32,000 bases of DNA, taken from positions 450,001 to 482,000 of the forward strand of contig NZ_CP042905.2 of the NCBI RefSeq assembly GCF_008000775.2, written 5' to 3'. Under the pieces are notes generated by a model that worked only from the letters and a program-made list of their open reading frames with translations, was not told where the DNA came from and searched no databases. The translations under genes were made by a program, and so were the position numbers. This document shows, piece by piece, positions 1 to 7,900 of the stretch (position 1 is its first letter; each line of letters starts with the position of its first letter). Origin of the DNA: Promethearchaeum syntrophicum (GTDB taxonomy: Archaea; Asgardarchaeota; Lokiarchaeia; Sigyniarchaeales; Promethearchaeaceae).

Positions 1-29
1 TAAAAATAAAAAAAAAAGAGATTTTTTTA

Positions 30-1574
30 TTAAATAGAAAATTTTGCTAATTCATCATAGATACCTGTTCTATTTAATTTATCATATAAATTTTCAGATA
101 TTTTAAATAATTTAGCATATCTCTCTGTATTATTAGGGTTTGGGGTCCATTTCTTGTTTATTTTTACCATATTTTCTGCTGCTTTTATAAGATCACTAAA
201 TTCACCTGCACCATAACTTGCTAATATTGATGCACCAACAGCTGTAGATTCTTCAAGTTCACCTCTACCACAAGGAATTCCTAAAACATCTGCCATAATT
301 TGATTCCATAAATTACTTCGAGATCCCCCTCCAGTGATTCTCATTTCACTTGGATTCATTCCTAAAGACTGGAAAACATTTAATGATTTCTTCACTTCCA
401 TGGCAACTCCTTCTAAAACAGCTCTGTAAAGATCAGCGGTTTTATGGCCTAAAGTTAATCCTAAAATTACCCCGCGAGCATAAGGGTTCCAATGTGGAGC
501 TCCTGCACCGATAAAATGAGGAATTAACACCAATCCATTTGCTCCTACAGGTGATGTTTCCGCTTTTTTAGTTATTAATTCATAAGGATCAATTTTTCTT
601 CCCATTTCTAATTCTTTTTCTGCTTTAAGTCTCTCTTCAGCTCCAATATTATCACGGAACCAACGTAAAACTGCTCCGCTGGTAAAAATGGAAGCTTCTT
701 GAACCCATTTACCTGGAATTGCTGCACAACTACATAAAACTCGTTTATCTTTATCAAATGTTGGTTTATCTAGATAACCTAATATGAAAGATCCAGTTCC
801 TGTTGTGCATTTCATTCTACCGGATTTTACAACTCCAACTCCTAATGCAGCACATTGCTGATCCCCTCCCCCTGTAATCACTTTTGTTTTGGTCGAAAAA
901 CCAGTATTTGAAGAAATTATATTACCAATTTCTTTTCCTGAAGGTAATGCTTCGGGCATTTTATCCAGATCAATTCCCATAAGACTTCCAATTGAATCTG
1001 ACCATTTTAAGGAATTTATATCAAATAACATTGTTCTTGATGCATTAGAATGATCCGTGATATATTTTCCAGTTAATTTATATAATATATAATCATGAAC
1101 TAAAAGAAATTTGTATGTTTTCGAATAAATCTCAGGTTTGTGATTTTTAAACCATAGGATTTTAGATCCAGAAAAATAAGGATCAACCGTAAGACCTGTT
1201 GTGTTATATATTTTATCAATACCAATATTTCCTTTAATCCAATTACATTCTTCTGTGGTTCTTCGATCTTGCCATACAATTGCGTTAAAAAGTGGTTCTC
1301 CATTAGAGTCAACTGGGACAATAGTTTCTCTTTGGTTCGTGATTGCAACACTTAAAATATCGTCTCGATCAATTTTCGCATTTTTTATGGCATTCACTAT
1401 TGTTTTTTTAACAGCTTTCCACCATAAATCTGCATCTTGTTCAACCATAACAGTTGTTGGGTAAAAAGATTCCCATTCCTCGTAATCCCGGCCATGTTCA
1501 TTACCAGCTAAATCAAAAATTATACATCTGGTACCAGTTGTTCCAATATCTAAAGCAGCTACATATTTGCTCAT
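30..1574 (-). CDS. FGGY-family carbohydrate kinase (xylulokinase/glycerol-kinase-like)
   Basis: 514-aa ORF. The N-terminal ATPase motif AALDIGTTGTRCIIFD, the EQDADLWW segment and the C-terminal ITGGGSRSNLWNQIMADVLG are typical of FGGY sugar kinases. The EQD..WW segment looks more XylB-like than GlpK-like. Confidence 0.85.
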   Translation of the reverse strand: MSKYVAALDIGTTGTRCIIFDLAGNEHGRDYEEWESFYPTTVMVEQDADLWWKAVKKTIVNAIKNAKIDRDDILSVAITNQRETIVPVDSNGEPLFNAIVWQDRRTTEECNWIKGNIGIDKIYNTTGLTVDPYFSGSKILWFKNHKPEIYSKTYKFLLVHDYILYKLTGKYITDHSNASRTMLFDINSLKWSDSIGSLMGIDLDKMPEALPSGKEIGNIISSNTGFSTKTKVITGGGDQQCAALGVGVVKSGRMKCTTGTGSFILGYLDKPTFDKDKRVLCSCAAIPGKWVQEASIFTSGAVLRWFRDNIGAEERLKAEKELEMGRKIDPYELITKKAETSPVGANGLVLIPHFIGAGAPHWNPYARGVILGLTLGHKTADLYRAVLEGVAMEVKKSLNVFQSLGMNPSEMRITGGGSRSNLWNQIMADVLGIPCGRGELEESTAVGASILASYGAGEFSDLIKAAENMVKINKKWTPNPNNTERYAKLFKISENLYDKLNRTGIYDELAKFSI

Positions 1575-1684
1575 TTTTTTTTCACTAAGAATGATATTTA
1601 AGAATAGTAGGTTCGAAGGTTATAATAAGTATAATGTCAAAATTTTAATTATTATCTTAAAAATTAAAAAAAGGGATATCAATT

Positions 1685-2113
1685 ATGAATATTGAAAATA
1701 TAGATCAAATTCTCGCTGAAAAAGAATTGGCTGAAAAAGAAATTAGCAATATAAAGGAAAACTTTGGAGTTAAGAAGAAAGAAGCAGAAGAAAATGCTAG
1801 TAAGGAATTGGATGGTATCAATACAAAATACAGTTCTGTTTTATCCATCGCTGAAAAAAATCTTGAGATAAAGAAAGGTAATCATGAAGAAGCCATAAAA
1901 AAATTATCAATGGCTAAGAAAGAGTTGATGGATGCTATGAATTCACATAAAGAAATTGGATCATCCTTTAAAAAAGCAAAACATGATTATGATAAAAAAT
2001 ATCATACCATTGTAAAAACAATAGAATCCGATCTTGCGTTCGCATTGAAAGCAAAAGAAAAAGAAATAAAACACATCGACAAAAAGATCCAAGCATATAA
2101 TAAAATAAAGTGA
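1685..2113 (+). CDS. hypothetical Lys/Glu-rich coiled-coil protein
   Basis: 142-aa ORF with heptad-like K/E-rich composition and an AGGGA motif upstream of the ATG. It sits 3 nt from the next ORF, suggesting an operon. No recognisable catalytic motif. Confidence 0.5.
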   Translation: MNIENIDQILAEKELAEKEISNIKENFGVKKKEAEENASKELDGINTKYSSVLSIAEKNLEIKKGNHEEAIKKLSMAKKELMDAMNSHKEIGSSFKKAKHDYDKKYHTIVKTIESDLAFALKAKEKEIKHIDKKIQAYNKIK

Positions 2114-2116
2114 GAA

Positions 2117-2368
2117 GTGACAATTATGATTGAAAAATTACAGAGCTTTTTAAAAAAGAAGCACAAATTTGATAAGAAATTAGATATGTACGATATTTTG
2201 GAAATTTTAGATATGAATTTTAATGCGTTCAGAGGAGCCGTCAAATCTGAAGAAATAGAGAATGTAAAAAAAAGTCTTTCAAATTTCTTAGTCGGAATAA
2301 TTAAGTATTGCAATACCAGAGATATTAATATCCAAGAAGTTATTAAAGAAGATTTTAATTTGGAATAA
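2117..2368 (+). CDS. small hypothetical helical protein (weak MazG-like resemblance, acidic metal ligands not evident)
   Basis: 83-aa ORF starting 3 nt after the stop of the previous gene. The LSNFLVGIIKYCNTRDINIQEVI segment resembles the C-terminal helix pair of MazG-type NTP pyrophosphatases, but the EExxE/D motifs are missing. Confidence 0.4.
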   Translation: MTIMIEKLQSFLKKKHKFDKKLDMYDILEILDMNFNAFRGAVKSEEIENVKKSLSNFLVGIIKYCNTRDINIQEVIKEDFNLE

Positions 2369-2397
2369 AAATTTATACAATATTACGAATTGAGAAT

Positions 2398-3144
2398 ATG
2401 AGATCCGAGAGTACAAAAAAAAAGCCCATTATTTTTGCACATCGAGGTGCATCGGGAGTTGAAGTTGAAAACTCTATAACAGCATTTCAGAAAGCGATAG
2501 ATAGTGGAGCAGATGGTTTAGAAACTGATGCGTGGATTATGAAAGATGGGGAAGTAATTCTTCACCATGATGAATATATAGAATATGGTAAAAATAATAT
2601 TTTAAAAATTCCGAAATCAAGCTTATCTGAAATCAAAAAACTTTCTTTACCCAACGGAGATAAAATTTTAACAATAACTGATTTCTTAGAACGTTTTGGC
2701 CATAAAAAAACCAAATCAAATAAGAAAATACAATTTAGCATTGATTTAGAAAATCTAAATGCGGGTGAAAAAATTGTTCAAATATTGCAGGATTTTGATG
2801 TAATCGATCAAACCATCTTATGTGCCACATCTTATACAGCTTTAAACCGAGTTCGAAAAAAAAACCAAGAAATTAGGTTGAATCTAACTCATAGAGAGGA
2901 TCTAATAACTTCTAATATGTTTCAAAATGGGAATAAATGGAGAAAAATTAAACCCTATGGTTTTAATATTCAAGCGAAAATCTTTACAGAAGAATTAAAG
3001 AGAAATCTTAAAGATAATTCATTAAAATTATATATCTGGGATCTACATTCTGAAGAACTGTTAAAAGAATATTTAAAATATTACCCTGAAGCAATTTATA
3101 CAGATTTTCCTTCCATAGCTAATGAAGTTTGGAGAAATTTGTAA
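2398..3144 (+). CDS. glycerophosphodiester phosphodiesterase (GDPD family)
   Basis: IIFAHRGASGVEVENSITAFQKAIDSGADGLETDAWIMKDGEVILHHD matches the GDPD signature (HRG..EN..AF...GAD.lE.D....DG..vv.HD). Confidence 0.8.
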   Translation: MRSESTKKKPIIFAHRGASGVEVENSITAFQKAIDSGADGLETDAWIMKDGEVILHHDEYIEYGKNNILKIPKSSLSEIKKLSLPNGDKILTITDFLERFGHKKTKSNKKIQFSIDLENLNAGEKIVQILQDFDVIDQTILCATSYTALNRVRKKNQEIRLNLTHREDLITSNMFQNGNKWRKIKPYGFNIQAKIFTEELKRNLKDNSLKLYIWDLHSEELLKEYLKYYPEAIYTDFPSIANEVWRNL

Positions 3145-3169
3145 AATGAGACTAAAAAAACAATGGATT

Positions 3170-3868
3170 CTAAGAACCAATTTTTTTTCTGGTTAGGTAG
3201 CCACAATCTGGACAAACGAGATAGCCAAAACCAATATTATATTCGTCTGCTATCCCAACAATAGGTGAACCACAAGAAGGACATATTGGAGCATTGCTTG
3301 GAAACCATTGCCCCTTGACATTTGGAGTAGCTTTTAAATCATTAATCCAATTTTGGAATCTTCCAATAGCTTGATATTGGTTTTTTTCTTTTAATTTCTG
3401 ATTATATGATTTAGGTCTGGAAACGACCACTACCACAGATTTCATCTTATCGGGGGAATTTAATAAGGTCAAAGTTGGTAAAATGGCATTTTGCTTCATA
3501 TTTGAAAAAAAATCAAATAGTTCGGGGGGGCCTAATGCGACAACTGTTCCTTTTCCATGTGAATCTGGATGTCTTTCAAAAAGAATTTGGAAGATTCTAT
3601 CCTTAAAATCTCGCGCCCAAATTAAAATCCATAAATCGGGATTTAATTCCTTTCCTTGTTCATTAACTAATTGGATTAAACCCATTTCCACATAATAATG
3701 ATTTTCTTTTCTACATAAGAAATTAATATCTTCAAAGAATTTTCTCTCTACCAAAGGATATGATCTGAAAGATTCTATAACACTCTGCAAGCCTACTTTC
3801 GCCTTCGATTTTTGCCAACTCGTTTTAGTCGAGAGATAATACATATCTAAAAAAGGCGCTAATAACAA
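3170..3868 (-). CDS. hypothetical protein with C-terminal zinc ribbon
   Basis: 232-aa ORF. The C-terminus CPSCGSPIVG...VCPDCGY is a CxxC...CxxC ribbon. The track start at 3868 is TTG; an ATG at 3844 (MYYLSTK) is an alternative start. The gene is divergent from the E2/JAB/E1 operon. Confidence 0.55.
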   Translation of the reverse strand: MLLAPFLDMYYLSTKTSWQKSKAKVGLQSVIESFRSYPLVERKFFEDINFLCRKENHYYVEMGLIQLVNEQGKELNPDLWILIWARDFKDRIFQILFERHPDSHGKGTVVALGPPELFDFFSNMKQNAILPTLTLLNSPDKMKSVVVVVSRPKSYNQKLKEKNQYQAIGRFQNWINDLKATPNVKGQWFPSNAPICPSCGSPIVGIADEYNIGFGYLVCPDCGYLTRKKIGS

Positions 3869-3971
3869 ATAAAAATTCGCAAAAACTAAATTTTCATAGT
3901 TTTTATATAAAAAAGTAGAAAGTTATATAATAAAAACACCATTACTTATTAAAAGGCGAAGATGGAGAATT
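3869..3971. promoter_or_regulatory. divergent promoter region with two TATA-like boxes
   Basis: 103-nt spacer between head-to-head genes. It contains TTTTTATATAAAAAAG (about 3900-3915) and AGTTATATAATAAAAAC (about 3920-3936). GGAG lies 4 nt upstream of the ATG at 3972. No transcript data, so this is positional inference only. Confidence 0.3.
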
Positions 3972-4754
3972 ATGAAGCCCTTAATTGAAGAGATCAAAGA
4001 TATCTTAACTCCAAATAATTCAATTGGATTTGTTAAAGATAATAAAATATTCCAATTACAACCAATCTTGCCAATTTCTCAGTTTCTATCCATGGCTAAG
4101 GATCTTGATTCAGAAGGTCAAAAAAAATTTTTAAAATTTGTTAATAGCCCTAACACTGTTATATTTAATGGTGTCATCTATATCACAATAAAAGGATTAA
4201 ATTTGAAAGGACGATTAAAGGAAATACTTTCAATCTATCGTAACCACCTGAAAAACATAGTTGGAGATAAAAAAGCTCTAATTGACTTATATGAAAAAGT
4301 TCCTCCGGAAGACATCGCAAATTTAACTGAAGATCACGTTATTTTCGCAATGTTGGATGTTTTCCATTCTGATAAAAAAGAACTTGCAGCAATTCGTTAT
4401 TTACCGGATTATGAAATCCATTTCGAATCTAAAACTTATAAAATGCCTGGATGCATGCTCGTCGTACATATAGATCAAAATTTAGCCATTGGAGATCCTG
4501 AAGTTGTTGTTGACAATAAAAATTATGAACATCCTTTTGTATATAGGCATGATCATATGAGATTTGGTCAAAAAATATGCATGGGGTCTTTTTATTCATC
4601 AAAAGATCGCAAAAATTTCAATAAACTTCGATTTGCAAATACCATCAATAATTTGTTAAAACAAGCGGTTCAAATATTAGTATCGGGTTATAATCGAGGT
4701 GTTAGCCCTGCGAATGGGCATCTAACGAGTTCGCAATATAATAAATATCTATAA
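3972..4754 (+). CDS. candidate E2-like (UBC-like) conjugating protein, divergent
   Basis: 260-aa ORF preceded by GGAG. YEHPFVYRHDHMRFGQKICMGSF (His187-Pro188 ... Cys203) resembles the E2 HPN...G.ICL active-site region with a longer loop. It is the first gene of an operon with JAB and E1-like genes. The CDS itself is confident; the functional call is tentative. Confidence 0.45.
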   Translation: MKPLIEEIKDILTPNNSIGFVKDNKIFQLQPILPISQFLSMAKDLDSEGQKKFLKFVNSPNTVIFNGVIYITIKGLNLKGRLKEILSIYRNHLKNIVGDKKALIDLYEKVPPEDIANLTEDHVIFAMLDVFHSDKKELAAIRYLPDYEIHFESKTYKMPGCMLVVHIDQNLAIGDPEVVVDNKNYEHPFVYRHDHMRFGQKICMGSFYSSKDRKNFNKLRFANTINNLLKQAVQILVSGYNRGVSPANGHLTSSQYNKYL

Positions 4755-4797
4755 TTTATCTTTAAAATATCCAAAAATTCTTTCACAATGAAAAATA

Positions 4798-5781
4798 ATG
4801 TCAGATAAAAATAATAAATTGAAAATCAAAGATACATTGGATGATTTACTGGAAAATTCAACCAACAATAACAAAGATTCAAATTCAACCAACATTAGTA
4901 TAGGAAAATCTCCAAAAAAACTAAATAAAATTATAATCACAAGATCTGCATATAGAAAAATGATTATCATCGCGCAAGAAGTATCCAAATTATTAAATCA
5001 AAGTATGGAAGTTTATGCATTATGCATCGGTGATAACGGAATCATTGAAGATATATTAATTCCTCCTCAGAATGTAAGTTCGATTTCAATTCATATTAAT
5101 GCTTCCGATATTTTATCTTTAGTGCCCAATATTAGAAAAAATAATTTGAATATTATTGGATGGGTTCATTCACATGGGGATATGTCCGCTTTCTTCTCAA
5201 GTACAGATGATAGGAATCAAATCACTGTTTTAAATGATACATCGAACTATTCAGAAGTCGGAAATATTCGAGTAAAATATTGTTTTGGAATAACGGTTAA
5301 CTTAAGGGAAGAATTGTTTGGAATAGTAACCACACAATTTCCATCAAGTAATATTATCCACGAGAGAGCTATTTTTGAAATTAGAAGTTTTTTCCCTCCA
5401 GATTGGAATGAAAACGAGATACGAAATGAGATTTCTGCAGAATTAAAAGATAAAATAAGAAAAGGTAGGATTAGTCATAAGAATCATAATACTGTCGAAT
5501 TCGCAAATAATTACGATGAAGATTCTGAAATTTCAAAATTTGAAGATAAAAATCTTCTTTCATCCCGTGATCGTTATTTAATTAGCCTATTCCTTAAAAG
5601 AAATAATTTTTCAAATCCAAAAATAAAGAAACTTCTATTTAATTTTGTAAGATTTTTAAATATTAATAAAAATTGGACCAAAGAAACCAAAGAGAATAAA
5701 GAGAACAAAGAGAATCTAGAAAACAAAGTGATAAATGATATGAAGATAAATCAAGATAAAAAGGAGAATCAAGATGAGTGA
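4798..5781 (+). CDS. JAB/MPN (JAMM) metalloprotease domain protein, Rpn11/deubiquitinase-like
   Basis: Complete JAMM motif: Glu71 (SMEVYALC), then GWVHSHGDMSAFFSSTDD, which gives H124-x-H126-x7-S134-x2-D137. The roughly 130-aa C-terminal extension ends in a low-complexity KETKENKENKENLENK tail. Confidence 0.85.
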   Translation: MSDKNNKLKIKDTLDDLLENSTNNNKDSNSTNISIGKSPKKLNKIIITRSAYRKMIIIAQEVSKLLNQSMEVYALCIGDNGIIEDILIPPQNVSSISIHINASDILSLVPNIRKNNLNIIGWVHSHGDMSAFFSSTDDRNQITVLNDTSNYSEVGNIRVKYCFGITVNLREELFGIVTTQFPSSNIIHERAIFEIRSFFPPDWNENEIRNEISAELKDKIRKGRISHKNHNTVEFANNYDEDSEISKFEDKNLLSSRDRYLISLFLKRNNFSNPKIKKLLFNFVRFLNINKNWTKETKENKENKENLENKVINDMKINQDKKENQDE

Positions 5782-6697
5782 GATAAAATACGACCGACAA
5801 AGCAGAATTCCTGAATGGGATCAAACAAAATTATCAAGTGCAAAAGTAGCCGTCATAGGTGCAGGGGCTTTAGGAAATCATGTATGTCTTGGTTTAATAG
5901 GATTAGGTGTTGGATCAATTAAAATATTCGATTTTGATGAAATAGAAACTCATAACCTCAACCGACAATCCTTATTCCGTGAAGACGATATTGGACATAA
6001 TAAAGCTGAAGCTCTCGCGGAATTATTAAAGGAACGGAATTCATCAATTGAAATTATTGGAATTGATGAAAAAATCGAAGAAGATACTATCGAAGATATC
6101 ATTAGAGATGTGGATGTCATTATTGATTGTGTAGATCTCATTTTTGTGCGATATATTCTAAACAAATTATGCATTGAACGCGATATCCCTTTAATTCACG
6201 GTGGTATAAGCTGGACTGGAGGTCAAACAGGGATCTTAACAAGAAAAACACCTTGTATTAAATGTATCTATCCCGAAGCATTGCAGAAAGAAGAACTTGA
6301 TACCGAAACATCATGTATTAGGAACCCCGAAGCGAGTGTTGTATACATAAGCCAAATAATTGCAGGATTGATGGTCTTTAACGTTCGAAGAGTTCTTCTA
6401 CCACTTTCTTCGGATTTATACCCTCCTACAGGATTATACAAATTGGATCTCCGTTTAGAAAATCCATTTTATTTTGAAAATATAAAAAGAAAGAAAAAAT
6501 GTGATTGTGTGAAACTATTGAAGAAAGTAGATCCAAACATTCTAAAAGAAGAAAAAGAAATCCTTAAGAAATTAGAAAAAGAAAACCTGAAAGAACTTCA
6601 AAAAACTGTAGAATTGCAGACTAATGGAAAATTAAAAAAAAAAAAAACTTCTTCAATAAAGAAAAAAACATCCAAAAAACATCCTAAATCCAAATGA
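5774..6697 (+). CDS. E1-like ThiF/MoeB/UBA-family adenylyltransferase
   Basis: YDRQ...VAVIGAGALGNHVCLGLIGLGVGSIKIFDFDEIETHNLNRQ is the Rossmann GxGxxG plus NLNRQ adenylation signature. CIKC and CDC cysteine pairs look like a Zn site. The ATG overlaps the JAB stop by 8 nt (ATGAGTGA) and AGGAG lies upstream. The tail is Lys-rich. Confidence 0.85.
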   Translation: MSEIKYDRQSRIPEWDQTKLSSAKVAVIGAGALGNHVCLGLIGLGVGSIKIFDFDEIETHNLNRQSLFREDDIGHNKAEALAELLKERNSSIEIIGIDEKIEEDTIEDIIRDVDVIIDCVDLIFVRYILNKLCIERDIPLIHGGISWTGGQTGILTRKTPCIKCIYPEALQKEELDTETSCIRNPEASVVYISQIIAGLMVFNVRRVLLPLSSDLYPPTGLYKLDLRLENPFYFENIKRKKKCDCVKLLKKVDPNILKEEKEILKKLEKENLKELQKTVELQTNGKLKKKKTSSIKKKTSKKHPKSK

Positions 6698-6720
6698 AAA
6701 TTAAAAAAAAAGGATAATAA

Positions 6721-7593
6721 ATGACCAATCAAAACACTGAAGATCACCTAAAAAGAGCATTGAAAGAAGGAAACCTAATAAATGTTGGACAAAATTCAAT
6801 TTCAAAAGAAAATAAAAAAGGAATGATCTCCACCGATTCAAAATTCAATAAAACCTATTTTAAATATAATCTCCCCATCGGAATCGATTTCGGAAAATCA
6901 TTAAAACCAAATAATTTCCTTACAAGCTTGGAAATTCTAGATAGGATCCTTGAAATTCCCAATATTTCAGAACAAAATCGATTCAAATTAGAAAATTTAC
7001 GACTTTATTTAACTACCGGAAAAATTTGGCATTATAAACGTGAATTAAAAACATTATTAGAAGATGATATAATTAAACAAGAAAAAGCAAAAGAAACAAA
7101 GTCTCCTAAGGAAATAACTGAAAATACCTTTATCTCCCTTCTAATATCGTTACACTTTATCTTAACTCAAGCATCTATAACTAATGTCAAATGGGTTTCC
7201 CAAAATCAAATTCTAACTTATATCGAGTCAACGGATCAAAAAAAAATTCTTCATGAATGGAAAACTAAAAACTATGGAAAATTACCAGAGGACTTAATCT
7301 TTCTGTCATTAATCTCACAAACATTAATTCAAAAAATTTCACAGCTTAATATACCAGAAGATCAATATTGTCAATTAAATGATTTAAAAAACCTTGTAAT
7401 TTCTGCTAAATTTTCAAAAATCCTTAACATTTTATCCCTTAAATTAAATTCTTTATCTCCAATATATCTATCATCTATAAAATCTGCAAGTAACTCAAAA
7501 GATAAAGAAGCGACTAGACAAGTTTCATCTGACATTAACAATATCTTCATTTACAGAATTTTAGTTACTTTAAATATCCTCCAAAAAGAGTGA
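6721..7593 (+). CDS. hypothetical alpha-helical protein, fourth gene of the E2/JAB/E1 operon
   Basis: 290-aa ORF starting 23 nt after the E1-like stop, on the same strand, with AAGGA upstream. No motif recognised. Confidence 0.6.
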   Translation: MTNQNTEDHLKRALKEGNLINVGQNSISKENKKGMISTDSKFNKTYFKYNLPIGIDFGKSLKPNNFLTSLEILDRILEIPNISEQNRFKLENLRLYLTTGKIWHYKRELKTLLEDDIIKQEKAKETKSPKEITENTFISLLISLHFILTQASITNVKWVSQNQILTYIESTDQKKILHEWKTKNYGKLPEDLIFLSLISQTLIQKISQLNIPEDQYCQLNDLKNLVISAKFSKILNILSLKLNSLSPIYLSSIKSASNSKDKEATRQVSSDINNIFIYRILVTLNILQKE

Positions 7594-7900
7594 ATTAAAA
7601 AAATTTAACATACCGACTATGATTTCACTCGATCATTTCCAAATTTAAAAAATGGGAAATGATTCCCTTTCATAAATAAAGAAATTTGCACAAAAATGAT
7701 TCCATATCTTCGATTTTGAAGATTTGATCTTAAAAAAAACCTCATGCATCCTTTTTCACCGAAAATCCCTACCTTAAAGCTTTTGACTTCCATGTTTTTT
7801 TGTAGTTAGAATGCAAATTTTTTAAGGTGAAAAAATAACTCTTTAAGTAAGATAATCCTTTTCTTTAATATCTTAATTAATTTTAAAATGGTGAAAATAA

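Noticed and set aside
1100-1464. Track ORFs 1100-1351(-) and 1201-1464(+) inside the FGGY kinase gene. Other ORFs that similarly overlap a longer gene: 2002-2313(-), 3483-3695(+), 4749-4988(-), 5950-6174(-), 7806-8012(-), 8292-8621(+), 8800-9030(-), 11615-11803(+), 12656-12847(+), 13549-13743(-), 13746-13943(+), 14152-14415(-), 15333-15533(+), 16556-16783(-), 18745-19002(+), 22139-22342(+), 23615-23809(+), 25768-26190(+), 26085-26351(+), 27488-27742(+).
   Set aside because: Each lies in another frame or antisense within (or largely overlapping) a longer ORF that has clear family motifs. Their translations are low-complexity, Leu/Ile/Phe/Ser/Lys-rich strings typical of AT-rich off-frame reading. 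There is no independent evidence for them.
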